Shown here piece by piece: positions 10,393 through 20,763 of a stretch of 64,000 bases of DNA (the stretch's first letter is position 1; every line of letters starts with the position of its first letter). The translations under genes and the position numbers were made by a program. This DNA comes from an uncultured candidate division Zixibacteria bacterium (GTDB lineage Bacteria; Zixibacteria; MSB-5A5; UBA10806): positions 308,271 through 372,270 of the forward strand of contig CAWFQL010000009.1 of assembly GCA_963817915.1 (NCBI GenBank), read 5' to 3'. The notes beneath the pieces are model-generated. The model had not been told where the DNA came from. It did no database searches and saw nothing but the letters and a program-made list of their open reading frames with translations.

Positions 10393-11553
10393 TTAAACCC
10401 GCTCAAAGGGGTCTATTAGCTTTTTGTATTCCGCGGCGGCAAATCGATCGGTCATCCCGGCGATATAATCGGCCACAACGGTGTGCGGAGGCTCAAATAC
10501 CAGTCTGGCTTTGACATGCTCCGGCAGAACATCGATATTCTTAATATATGATTCGTAAAGCGCATAAATTATTCGTTGGGCTTTCTCGCTCATTCGCACC
10601 ATCCTGAAATGGCGATACATATTATGGTATAGAAACCGTTTGAGTTCCGAATTTGAATTATTCATTTCTGACGAGAATCCGATAAGGTCTATCCGCTTTT
10701 TCCTAAATTCTTCAGAGCTGAGCGGCTTCACTTTTCCAATAGATTCGTTTGAATTATTTATTAAATCGGTGACCATGATATTTATCAAATTGCGCACCAT
10801 AACATGCCGCCTCATAGCCTCATCGTACCCAGAAGCATCGACAAATTGGTTATAGTTATCCCGCCAGATTTTGACTTCTTTCAGCTGATTTTCATTGAGC
10901 ACTCCGGAAGATAAACCGTCATCGACATCATGACAATTATACGCGATTTCGTCGGCCAAATTAACCACCTGACATTCAAGCGGCCGTCCCTCATCTTTGG
11001 AAAGCGCCGACGGGACTTGCGGATTATCATAGTGCGAATGATGTTTGAGAATCCCTTCCCGCAATTCGAACGTCAGATTCAGGCCGGGGAAATCGGGGTA
11101 GCGCCTTTCGAGAAGATCGACTACCCGGATGCATTGAAGATTATGCTCGAATCCGCCCTTGTCTTTTAACAATTCATTCAGCGCCTCCTCCCCCGAATGA
11201 CCGAAAGGAGTATGCCCCAGATCATGGGCGAGCGCTATCGCCTCGGTAAGGTCTTCATTGAGCCTCAAAGCGCGGGCTACTGATCGTGCGATAATGCTAA
11301 CCTCAATAGTATGCGTCATCCTGGTGCGATAATGATCGCCTTCGTGATTTACAAAAACCTGGGTTTTATATTCTAATCTTCTGAATGCGGTACAATGAAC
11401 TATTCGATCCCGATCACGCTGGAATTCTGTTCGGAAAGGATGCCGGGGTTCGGGATATTGCCGTCCGCACGATTCGCCGGATTTAATAGCATAAGGCGCC
11501 AGTATTTCTTTTTCCAGATTTTCGAAATATTCTCTAAAAGTACTCATATTCAT
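10393..11553 (-). CDS. dgt: dGTP triphosphohydrolase (HD domain)
   Basis: FQRDRDRI, RRLEYKTQVF, RTRMTHT, AHDLGHTPFGHSGE, DYIAGMTD. Confidence 0.95.
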   Translation of the reverse strand: MNMSTFREYFENLEKEILAPYAIKSGESCGRQYPEPRHPFRTEFQRDRDRIVHCTAFRRLEYKTQVFVNHEGDHYRTRMTHTIEVSIIARSVARALRLNEDLTEAIALAHDLGHTPFGHSGEEALNELLKDKGGFEHNLQCIRVVDLLERRYPDFPGLNLTFELREGILKHHSHYDNPQVPSALSKDEGRPLECQVVNLADEIAYNCHDVDDGLSSGVLNENQLKEVKIWRDNYNQFVDASGYDEAMRRHVMVRNLINIMVTDLINNSNESIGKVKPLSSEEFRKKRIDLIGFSSEMNNSNSELKRFLYHNMYRHFRMVRMSEKAQRIIYALYESYIKNIDVLPEHVKARLVFEPPHTVVADYIAGMTDRFAAAEYKKLIDPFERV

Positions 11554-11667
11554 TCGCTATTTGAACTATTGCCGGAAATCAGATTGCCCTTGAGGCAATT
11601 CATGGACCTAAATGTCATTACCAATTTAAGCCATCTAATGGACAAGTCAAGCCCCCAATATTGTTAA

Positions 11668-13197
11668 TCAATCCAGCCTACCCTCAATTATTAGATAAAA
11701 CGCCCCTAATTTGCCTTTGTATGAGCTATTCCATCTATAAGTAATCTTTGAGGAAAAACCGGCTGTCAAAAATGTCTTCTCCTCAATATAGTAATCCAAT
11801 TTTCCATTGAAACTTGACCTGATTCGCCCGGAAAATACGATATCGCGATCTAGCGGAGTCGATAGATAAAGGAAATATTTGGAGTTCTGATTTTCTAATT
11901 CCTTATCATTCCACTGAAATTTAATATCGAAGATTGCGTTTACTGGACCAATATAAGACAGGCTTGATCTTATCAGATTTTTGGGACCATCATGATAATC
12001 TTTTCGAGAAATTCCGCTACCTATTCTAAATGAATGATTCAGATCATATCGCAAAATTGCCGTATTCTCAGACTTCAGAAGGCGCTTATTCCCCGGTTTC
12101 CAGATTTCAGATGACACTTTGATATCCAGCCCATTTATGGCAAGTCTTCGAGATAAATACGCGCCTGTCTCACCGCTCTGCGGCTGCCTGAATGAGACGC
12201 CCGAATAATCATCCTCATATGAAATATAGTCAGGATTCGCGTAGCTTGACGACTGTAAATTGACAAATGATTTGCCATAATGCCAGCATTTGCCTGACAA
12301 ATCATTTTTATAGTATTGGATTATGGCACCTCCTCCGGATTCGCCGTAGCCTGCCTCCGCCCCAAGTCCCAAGGATGCATTGCTCATGAATATTGAGCCG
12401 GAATTTAGGTATCTCTTCCCGGCCTCGGATTTAAGTTCGGTTCTGGCAGCGGCCAAGCCCAAATTAAAATTGCCGGAATTGGCATGTATTGCGGATCCCA
12501 GGAAAGCCTTATCAAGACTATCGTACGATTTTAATGAATACAGGAAATCGAAATTGGCGCCTTTTACATAGAGCCCATTGTAATAGCTATTGACCGGGAA
12601 AATAAGATCATCATGCTTTTGATGCCCAGACCCATATCTTATTGGACGAAAATCGTATCGGCCTATCGCCAAACCCATACCGATTCGGGGCCAATAATTG
12701 CCGGCGGTCAATTCAAATTCGGGAAGACTTATCTTGAACGATCTATGATCGGTAGTCCAGGTATTATTTTCATATGACGATTTATAATCCAGTGAAATAA
12801 TATTATATGAGGGAGCAATATGAATATAACCGATGTTTTGATTATCTAAATATTTATTGCCGATTTGCCAATTAAGTTTACCTGGTCGAATTTCATTTGA
12901 ATACAATTTTGAGGTAGATAATATCTCGTTGTTGAGACTCCAGAAAGGGCCATTATATGATGACTGCGAATTAGTCAGCGCGAGCGTATTGACTGCAAGA
13001 TCGGCGGTATCCGCCGAAATCATTCCAAGCGAAATATCTTTTAATATAAGATATGAATTATAGTCATAGGAACCGTCACTATATAGATACTCCCAATCAG
13101 ACTCGGTCAGGACATCATCAAGCCATTGGGCATTGGAGCTGACGAATAATATTAAGATTAATGTAGATATTGATGCAAGCTTACCGCAAGAAATCAC
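11668..13197 (-). CDS. Hypothetical exported protein, probably an outer-membrane beta-barrel
   Basis: Signal peptide; aromatic-rich alternating strands; GNYxxxIGMGL motif; start overlaps the stop of the upstream regulator. Confidence 0.55.
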   Translation of the reverse strand: MISCGKLASISTLILILFVSSNAQWLDDVLTESDWEYLYSDGSYDYNSYLILKDISLGMISADTADLAVNTLALTNSQSSYNGPFWSLNNEILSTSKLYSNEIRPGKLNWQIGNKYLDNQNIGYIHIAPSYNIISLDYKSSYENNTWTTDHRSFKISLPEFELTAGNYWPRIGMGLAIGRYDFRPIRYGSGHQKHDDLIFPVNSYYNGLYVKGANFDFLYSLKSYDSLDKAFLGSAIHANSGNFNLGLAAARTELKSEAGKRYLNSGSIFMSNASLGLGAEAGYGESGGGAIIQYYKNDLSGKCWHYGKSFVNLQSSSYANPDYISYEDDYSGVSFRQPQSGETGAYLSRRLAINGLDIKVSSEIWKPGNKRLLKSENTAILRYDLNHSFRIGSGISRKDYHDGPKNLIRSSLSYIGPVNAIFDIKFQWNDKELENQNSKYFLYLSTPLDRDIVFSGRIRSSFNGKLDYYIEEKTFLTAGFSSKITYRWNSSYKGKLGAFYLIIEGRLD

Positions 13198-14627
13198 TTT
13201 AGTCCGTATTTTTCAATTTTCCTGTATAATGTCCTCTCGCCGATCCCGAGAAGACGGGCCGCCTTTTTTCTATTGCCATCTGAGTCTATTAACGCCTTCG
13301 AGATCAATTCTTTTTCGGCGCTTTCGATATTCACCGAATCGAATCGTTCACTTTCATTATTCTGATAATTGGAATTCGCGAATCTTATATTTTCGAGTTC
13401 TCTTTCAATCAAATTTCTCAGCGATGAGACTTCATTGGTAAGGGCCAAAATCGCCTGCATCATTACCTGATGCTCGGCCGCCTGAGGGGTTCTGCCAGTG
13501 ACCATGGGGAGTAGATGCGAGCGCGGTGTTCTCTCCCTGATATATTTTTCGAAATCAGCGGCTTTAATTCGTCCCGCCTGGCTGGTGACAGAAAATGAAT
13601 CTATGACATTTCTGAGTTCGCGAACATTGCCCGGCCATTCGTAACGATGAAAAAGCCTGAGCGCGCCCGGCTCGATCGTAAGCTCGTTGATTCCCAATTC
13701 AGCGCTACGCCTCTTCAGAAAATAAAATGTCAGCGGCGCGATATCGGGTTTTCGCTGTTGGAGCGAAGGCAGGTCGATTGACACGACGCTTAATCGATAG
13801 TAAAGGTCTTCTCTGAATCTGCCGGTCGCGATGTCATCGGAAAGTATTCTATTTGTGGCGGCAATAAGCCTGAAATTCGCTGCGATGGAGGTGTTGCCGC
13901 CGACTCGCGTGAAATTCCGATTTTCAAGAACTCTCAAAAGCTTTGCCTGGATTTCCGGAGGGATTTCGCCGATTTCATCGAGAAATATTGTGCCACCCGA
14001 TGCTTGCTCAAAGACTCCCAGCCGGCGGCCGTGAGCACCCGTAAATGATCCTTTTTCATGCCCAAAAAGCTCGGATTCAATAATTCCGGGAGCTAACGCG
14101 GCAACATTTACCGGAATGAACGGACCCGTAGGACGCGAAGACTTATTATGAATAGCGCGGGCGATTAATTCTTTGCCAGCTCCTGATGGTCCGGTCAGTA
14201 GAACGCTTATTTCCGATGGAGCTACTTGCGTGACGGTCTTGGCCGCCGCCGCCAGTTCTTTTGAACGGCCTATCAAGTCACATGATTTGATTATATCTCT
14301 ATCCTTTTGGGTTTCCTCAAACGATTTAACTATTTCGGAAGCCTCGATCGGCCAGTATAATTCCTTATCGCATATTATTTCTTCCGATATTCCAGTGCCG
14401 GGTATCAAGAGCAAAATCATTATTCCAGGTCGTTCAAAATAAATCTTTTCCAAAAGCTTAGTGGCCCTCATGCCTGTATGGAAATCGAAAAGAATGCCAT
14501 CCGGCTCTTTCGCATTTAGGGCCGATGCCAAATTGGTTTCGTCATTGAATAACTCGGCTCCACCCTGACCGACAGCCTCCTTAATATTCTCAGAGAATGT
14601 CAGATCATTTGAAAAGACATAGATCAT
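13194..14627 (-). CDS. sigma54-dependent enhancer-binding protein (degenerate receiver, AAA+, Fis HTH)
   Basis: Walker A GPSGAGKE, ESELFGHEKGSFTGA, FLDEIGE, WPGNVREL, C-terminal AARLLGIGERTLYRKI. Confidence 0.93.
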   Translation of the reverse strand: MIYVFSNDLTFSENIKEAVGQGGAELFNDETNLASALNAKEPDGILFDFHTGMRATKLLEKIYFERPGIMILLLIPGTGISEEIICDKELYWPIEASEIVKSFEETQKDRDIIKSCDLIGRSKELAAAAKTVTQVAPSEISVLLTGPSGAGKELIARAIHNKSSRPTGPFIPVNVAALAPGIIESELFGHEKGSFTGAHGRRLGVFEQASGGTIFLDEIGEIPPEIQAKLLRVLENRNFTRVGGNTSIAANFRLIAATNRILSDDIATGRFREDLYYRLSVVSIDLPSLQQRKPDIAPLTFYFLKRRSAELGINELTIEPGALRLFHRYEWPGNVRELRNVIDSFSVTSQAGRIKAADFEKYIRERTPRSHLLPMVTGRTPQAAEHQVMMQAILALTNEVSSLRNLIERELENIRFANSNYQNNESERFDSVNIESAEKELISKALIDSDGNRKKAARLLGIGERTLYRKIEKYGLK

Positions 14628-16768
14628 CTTTTCTTCTTCCTCACCTTTTTAGGCAAAACCGGCGGGCTTACAAGTACAAAATCCGCTCTGCGGTTTTCCG
14701 AATCCACTTTCGCGACAATGACCTTGACACTATCGCCGAGTCTGTAGATTTTGCCGGTCCTCTTTCCCTTGGCCTTGTGCTTGCCCTCTTCGATCTCATA
14801 GTAATCATCTTCTATCGATCTAAAAGGGACCATGCCCTCAACCAACGATCCCATTAATTTAACAAACAAACCGGCCTTCACCACTCCTGAGATAATACCA
14901 TCGAATATCCCGCCGACTCGTTCTGACAGAAATTCAATCTGTTTTATTTTCACGGATTCTCGTTCGGCTTCATCGGCGGCGATTTCAGTGGCTGAGCAAT
15001 GCTTGCCGATGTTTTTCAATGTCGACCTTATGATATTTGCAGTATCCGGTTTTAATCCGCCATTAATACAAAGACGCAAGACCCGGTGAGTCAGAAGGTC
15101 GGGGTATCGTCGGATAGGTGATGTAAAATGAGTGTAGCTCGTGAACGCCAGCCCGAAATGGCCGATATTTTCGGGCTGGTAGACGGCCTTGGCCAGCGAC
15201 CTTAAAAGCATCTCTTCGATGAATGGCTCTTCCGGTTTGCCTTGTACCTCATCAAAAACTCTCTGCAGCTTCTTGGGTGTGATTTCGCCTTTGAAGCTGA
15301 AATTGTAACCGATTTCATTGATGATCTCGGCGAAAATCTTGATTTTATCGGTATCCGGCTTTGCGTGAACCCTGAAAAGAAGCGGAGCTCCTAAAGATTC
15401 CAGGTAGCTTGCGGTATATTTATTTGCCAGAAGCATGAATTCTTCCACAATCTGATGCGAAGGCATTCGGGCGCGTGCCATAATATCGATAACTTTGCCT
15501 TCGGAATCAAGAAGCACTTTGGCCTCGGGCAAGTCGAAATCGAGACTGCCTTTTTCAAGCCGTTGCTTTCGTAACTCAATAGAAATTTTCAGCATGTTCT
15601 TTAAGGTTGCCCCGGCATCGGCGAATTTCTTCGACTTTTTGCCATCGAGAAATTCCTGAACTTCATCATAATTTAACGAGGCCGAGCTGCAAATGACGCT
15701 TTCGTGAAATTTCCAATTGTATATTTTGGCGGTCGCGTCGATTTCGGCCATGAATGACAATGTCAGCCTGTCCTTTCCCTCGTGCAGACTGCAGATATCA
15801 CCAGAGAGTTTCTCAGGAAGCATGGGGATGACACGATCGACGAGATAAATCGAATTTCCGCGCATCAACGCCTCACGATCGAGAGCGGTCCCGTGATTTA
15901 CATAGTAGGAGACATCGGCGATATGCACTCCGAGACTGAAACGGCCGTTCGGCAATGTCTCAAGGCTGATAGCATCATCGTGATCTTTGGCGTCGGCAGG
16001 GTCAATTGTAAAAAGCATGACATCCCGCAGATCGAGTCTTTTATCGATTTCGGATTTGGGGATTAATCGTTTTATCTTATCCAATTCCGGCTTGATTGAT
16101 TGATCGAAATCGCGCGGCAACCCATAGGTGATCACAAGTGAATCGATATCTATTCCGGGAGCGCCAGCTTCGCCCAACACCTCTTCGACGTGACCCCTCA
16201 CCGGAAGAAATGGCGCTTCCCAGGGATAGAGCCTGATAGTGACAACAAGATCCTGTTTTTTCGCGAGACGTTTAGGATCATCGATTTCAATTCGCTCCCC
16301 GAATCGCGGATCATCTGGGATAATATGCAGGCCGTAGCGATCCTTCATCAATTTGCCAACAACGCGTCCTTTTTCGCGATTGAGGACTTGAACTACTTTC
16401 CCTTCACGGCTCTTCCCTTGACGGGAATCTTTTATAATTACTTTGACATCCTCGCCATGGAGAGCGCCGCAAAGGTCTTTCTGCGCTATGAATATTTCCT
16501 CATTATTAGTTTGCGAAATTACGAATCCGTAGCCGGAACGGCCCATCAGCAGCTTACCCATTACGAATTGTTTTTCGGTAGGCAACACTAGCCTGCCTCC
16601 CCTCAGTCTTGCCAGGCGACCATCGGCGACCGCGCTTTTAACAAGCCGCCTGAATATGGGATAATCTTCAGCGGCTACTCCATAATGATTGGATAATTCT
16701 CTGATTTTCAATGGCCGCTGAGCTTTGGAAATCATGTCGATAATATTCTCGATATTGTAGTTTTTCAT
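14624..16768 (-). CDS. rnr: Ribonuclease R
   Basis: TIDPADAKDHDDA, HFTSPIRRYPDL, C-terminal S1 domain and basic tail; start taken at M13 of the ORF. Confidence 0.95.
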   Translation of the reverse strand: MKNYNIENIIDMISKAQRPLKIRELSNHYGVAAEDYPIFRRLVKSAVADGRLARLRGGRLVLPTEKQFVMGKLLMGRSGYGFVISQTNNEEIFIAQKDLCGALHGEDVKVIIKDSRQGKSREGKVVQVLNREKGRVVGKLMKDRYGLHIIPDDPRFGERIEIDDPKRLAKKQDLVVTIRLYPWEAPFLPVRGHVEEVLGEAGAPGIDIDSLVITYGLPRDFDQSIKPELDKIKRLIPKSEIDKRLDLRDVMLFTIDPADAKDHDDAISLETLPNGRFSLGVHIADVSYYVNHGTALDREALMRGNSIYLVDRVIPMLPEKLSGDICSLHEGKDRLTLSFMAEIDATAKIYNWKFHESVICSSASLNYDEVQEFLDGKKSKKFADAGATLKNMLKISIELRKQRLEKGSLDFDLPEAKVLLDSEGKVIDIMARARMPSHQIVEEFMLLANKYTASYLESLGAPLLFRVHAKPDTDKIKIFAEIINEIGYNFSFKGEITPKKLQRVFDEVQGKPEEPFIEEMLLRSLAKAVYQPENIGHFGLAFTSYTHFTSPIRRYPDLLTHRVLRLCINGGLKPDTANIIRSTLKNIGKHCSATEIAADEAERESVKIKQIEFLSERVGGIFDGIISGVVKAGLFVKLMGSLVEGMVPFRSIEDDYYEIEEGKHKAKGKRTGKIYRLGDSVKVIVAKVDSENRRADFVLVSPPVLPKKVRKKKR

Positions 16769-16862
16769 AATTGAAATTATATAATTTTCTGCCGAAACAA
16801 TCAACTATTTACTGCCATAATGACAGGAATTTAATGATTGGATTCAAAATCTCGAGCCCAAG

Positions 16863-16910
16863 GTCATTGCGAGAAGTTCGCCTAGGGCGAACTTCGAAGC
16901 AATCTGTGGG
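16863..16910. repeat. REP-like palindrome, family B (GTCWTTGCGAG...CGAAGCAATC)
   Basis: Same ends recur at 47905-47952 and 48989-49037. Confidence 0.7.
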
Positions 16911-17005
16911 TTGCGGCATCGCAAAGACCTTTATAAATTAAAATTTATCACTCCTGGCAATTGCCAGCCTCTGATTTGTCCATTCTTTACTTACGATTTA
17001 TTACG

Positions 17006-17040
17006 AAAAGCAAAGACCCCGGCGATTGCCAGGGCCCTTA
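17006..17040 (-). terminator. Rho-independent terminator after acyl-CoA dehydrogenase
   Basis: Minus strand AGGGCCCTGGC-AATC-GCCGGGGTCTT-TGCTTTT. Confidence 0.65.
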
Positions 17041-17066
17041 ATCTACTCACAATTTGTTAGGCTAAT

Positions 17067-18212
17067 TTATTTTTTACCCAGATTTCTGTAGATAACCATT
17101 CTCTGGGCTTCCGATGTGCCTTCGTAAATTTCGGTAACACGAGCGTCGCGGAAATATCGTTCGACCGGATACTCTTTTACATAGCCATAGCCGCCATGAA
17201 TCTGAACAGCTTGATTTGTCACCCAATTGGCTGCTTCCGATGCTGCCAATTTGGCCATGGAACAATATTTCGAAGCTTCCCTGCCGTATTTGTCCTTTTT
17301 CCAGGCTGCAGAATAAACCAGCAAACGGGCTGATTCAATTTTAAGCGCCATGTCCGCTAATTTGAATTGAGTTGATTGAAATTCCGAAATGGGCTGACCG
17401 AACTGCGTGCGGGTTTGAGCGTACTTATATGCTTCTTCGAAGGCTGCCTGAGCGATTCCGATTGCCTGGGATGCGATACCAATTCGGCCGCCATCGAGAA
17501 GCGAAAGGGCAATTTTGAATCCCTGGTTTTTCTCGCCAATAAGATTCTTCACCGGCACAGCGCAATCAGTAAAACTGACCTGCCTTGTATCCGAAGCCTT
17601 CAGGCCCATTTTCCGTTCTTTGGCACCTAATTCGAGACCGGGCGTGCCTTTTTCGATTGCCAGACAAGATATGCCTTTGGGGCCTTTTGATCTATCGGTG
17701 GATACGAAAACGATAAATATTCCCGCATGCCCTGCCGAGGTTACCCATGACTTGGTGCCATTGAGAATAAAATTATCGCCCTTTTGTTCTGCCTGACAGA
17801 CCAGCGCACCGGCATCGGTACCGGAACCGGGCTCGGAAAGACAATAGGAGCCAAAAAGCTCACCCGATGCCATTCCGGGCAGATATTTATCTTTAAGATA
17901 GTCCGAACCGAAATCCAAAATCGAGCGGCAGCAAAGCGAATTATGCACCGTAATTCCAACCATGATGCTGGCCGAACCCCTGGCCAGCTCTTCCATGGCG
18001 CAGACATACGAAAGGCTGTCGAGATCGAGCCCGCCGTATTTTTCAGGCAGGAGCATGCCGAAATATCCAAGTTCGGCGGCCTCTTTATAGAGTTCGGGTT
18101 TGGCGGCCTCTTCCTCATCCATTTTCTCGGCGGCGGGCATCAGCTTTTTCTCAGCGAATTCCCGGGCCGCGTCTCTCATTAGTATTTGATCTTCGCCTAA
18201 TTCAAAATCCAT
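17067..18212 (-). CDS. Acyl-CoA dehydrogenase (butyryl-CoA dehydrogenase-like)
   Basis: CLSEPGSGTD, NGTKSWVT, QIHGGYGY, RDARVTEIYEGTSE. Confidence 0.95.
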   Translation of the reverse strand: MDFELGEDQILMRDAAREFAEKKLMPAAEKMDEEEAAKPELYKEAAELGYFGMLLPEKYGGLDLDSLSYVCAMEELARGSASIMVGITVHNSLCCRSILDFGSDYLKDKYLPGMASGELFGSYCLSEPGSGTDAGALVCQAEQKGDNFILNGTKSWVTSAGHAGIFIVFVSTDRSKGPKGISCLAIEKGTPGLELGAKERKMGLKASDTRQVSFTDCAVPVKNLIGEKNQGFKIALSLLDGGRIGIASQAIGIAQAAFEEAYKYAQTRTQFGQPISEFQSTQFKLADMALKIESARLLVYSAAWKKDKYGREASKYCSMAKLAASEAANWVTNQAVQIHGGYGYVKEYPVERYFRDARVTEIYEGTSEAQRMVIYRNLGKK

Positions 18213-18289
18213 CAATCCACCTCATTTTTTCCGCTTGTATCGGTATCCATCTGCGCTGAATATTACGGCATTTGGATTAATTCGCAATA

Positions 18290-19144
18290 TTAATATTTAT
18301 AAAATCCGCGGCCGGATTTTCTGCCGAGATAACCGGCCATAACCATTTTCTTAAGCAATGGGCAGGGGCGATACTTGGAATCGGAGTAACCTTCGTAGAG
18401 GACTTCCATGACTTCGAGGCAGATGTCGAGCCCGATAAAATCGGCCAGGGTCAACGGCCCCATAGGATGATTCATGCCGAGCTTCATAACACTATCGATA
18501 GCCTCCGCCGAAGCCACACCTTCCATGAGACAATAAACGGCCTCATTGATCATGGGAATTAAGATACGGTTGGAAATAAAGCCGGGGTAATCATTCACTT
18601 CTACGGGAGTCTTATCGATTTTCAGACAAAGGTCTTTAATAGTTGCATAAGTCTCATCGGTAGTGGCGATACCTCTGATAACCTCAACCAGCTTCATCAG
18701 CGGGACCGGATTCATGAAATGCATTCCGATGACTTTATCGGCGCGTTTCGTAGTGGCCGCTATGGCAGTGATGGGAAGCGAGGAAGTATTCGATGCTAAA
18801 ATCGTATCAGGTTTACATACCGAATCGAGTTCCTCGAAGATTTCGGTTTTTGTATGCATATCTTCGAATACCGCTTCAATGACCAGATTCGATGATTTAG
18901 CGTCAGCGATCTTTATCGATGTTTTTAGTCTTCCGAGTGTGGCGGAAACATCTCCCGCTTGGATTACTCCTTTTTGCGCCTGACGTTCCAGATTCTTCTT
19001 GATAGTCGCGATCGCTTTGTCGGCGTGTTCTTGTTTCATTTCGATCAATAATACATCGTAACCCTTCAACGCAAACTGATGGGCGATGCCATTGCCCATT
19101 GTGCCGCCACCAATTACCGCTACATTCTTAATCTCCATAACCAC
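18290..19144 (-). CDS. hbd: 3-hydroxybutyryl-CoA dehydrogenase
   Basis: GGGTMGNG, ASNTSS, GMHFMNP, HPMGPL.LAD.IGLD. Confidence 0.93.
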   Translation of the reverse strand: MVMEIKNVAVIGGGTMGNGIAHQFALKGYDVLLIEMKQEHADKAIATIKKNLERQAQKGVIQAGDVSATLGRLKTSIKIADAKSSNLVIEAVFEDMHTKTEIFEELDSVCKPDTILASNTSSLPITAIAATTKRADKVIGMHFMNPVPLMKLVEVIRGIATTDETYATIKDLCLKIDKTPVEVNDYPGFISNRILIPMINEAVYCLMEGVASAEAIDSVMKLGMNHPMGPLTLADFIGLDICLEVMEVLYEGYSDSKYRPCPLLKKMVMAGYLGRKSGRGFYKY

Positions 19145-19186
19145 TTTAACCTTTCATCTTTTTTATCATGATATTTATTTTGAAAT

Positions 19187-19940
19187 TTATTCTTGTATTG
19201 TTGATGAATCAATATCAATTGAAAGCAAACCTATTCTTTTTATATTGTGAGTTGAATCTATGACCTGGCCGTATTCATTGCGGCGATACATCTTACCCCA
19301 GTCATCTTCCTCGGCAATCAGACCGTCATTGGTATACCAGTAAGACGTCGGGGGGAATGTAAAGTCTTCACCTATAAATCTAGTTTGAGAAACTATGACC
19401 TGGCAGTTAATAGCTCTATCATTAAAATGTTTTGTTTCCACACCGATAACCGTTCGCGAATTGTATGAATAACCGGTTTCGACCGCGTACCATGACTTAC
19501 CAACTTCCAAAGGAAAATCAAGCAGTACAATCGGATTATCGTATATCCAGATTGAATTATATTGACTTCTAATGTCCAGGTCTGCGTATTCTTTCAATTT
19601 ATTGTCGTCGATCCTACACCATCTACGAGTAAATGGATGAAATAATGTATCGTCCGCCGAAGAAATGGAATCATCAATCATAGCCATTACGCCCAATGCA
19701 CCGAGCGTATCAATACCTATGACACGTTGTATATGGTAACCTATAAGTGTATCCGGCGGAACAGATTCAATATATGGAATTTCAAAAACCGTATCAGCAT
19801 ATACCCAGCGATTCCCGACTTGAAGCGGAAACTTGTAGGTGCCGTCTATAAACTCGGTTTGGGTCGGGATGGCCGCTGCAGCCAATATAGATTACGATTG
19901 ATACTACAGCGAGTAATATAAGCATAATCTTTTTAGCCAT
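19187..19940 (-). CDS. Lipoprotein paralog 1; one apparent frameshift near 19870
   Basis: ATG 19940 with AGGAGG RBS gives lipoprotein signal MAKKIMLILLAVVSIVIYIGC, out of frame with the body 19187-19885 (FPLQVGNRWVY...WYTNDGLI). Confidence 0.7.
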
Positions 19941-19969
19941 ACACACCTCCTTAATATATCGTTTTTATT

Positions 19970-20722
19970 TTATCTCTTTATTGAAGTGGTATCGATATCT
20001 ATCGAAACCAGCATTCTTCTTCTCAATATTGCGAGTTGAGTCTCCGGTTTGGCGGGTTGTCGAAATGGTATACTTTGCCGAAATCAATTTCATTTCTGAT
20101 CAAACCGTCGTTGGTATACCAGTCGAAAGTCTGCGAAATGGTATCAGCATCGCCTATGGTTTTCAATTGAGAAAATACTACATCACAAGCGAATGTATTG
20201 ATTACCGACATACCTGATCTCCGCGCCAACTACTCTGCTCGTATAGTACGAAACAATATCTTGTCGAACAGTCCATGATTTGCCCGCATTCAACGGGTAA
20301 TCCAGCAATACTTTGGGCGCATCATAAATAGTTATCGGGTTAATTGTATCTCCAACTTGCTGAAACGCGAATTCTTTTAGTTTGTTATCCTCGATCTTCA
20401 ACCATCTTTGGTAAGCATAATCGAATAATGTGTCTTCTCCCGAGATGAAAGAATCCTGCATTACCGCCATTACCCCCGATGAACCCAGCGTATCTATCCC
20501 GATAATATGCATAATAAATTGGGATACAATTGTATCGGTCGGAAGCGAATCTATATAGGAGAATTTCAAAAGAGTATCAGCATATTCCCAGCGGCTGCCA
20601 ATAGTCAAAGGAAATGTCGATGTACCCTGTTTTGCAATCGGCTGGGTAGTCTTTTTACTGCAGTTGATAAATGCCATTGTTAACGCAATTACAGAAAGCG
20701 CTATTAAAATCTTTTTCACCAT
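19970..20722 (-). CDS. Lipoprotein paralog 2; three apparent +1 frameshifts at ~20010-20200
   Basis: MVKKILIAL...FINC lipobox; FPLTIGSRWEY. C-terminus continues in shifted frames (WYTNDGLI, DSTRNI, LVSIDIDTTSIKR*) matching paralog 1. Confidence 0.7.
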
Positions 20723-20763
20723 ATGCACTTCCTCTGCTTTTTATTCCACGGCAACGAGCTAAT

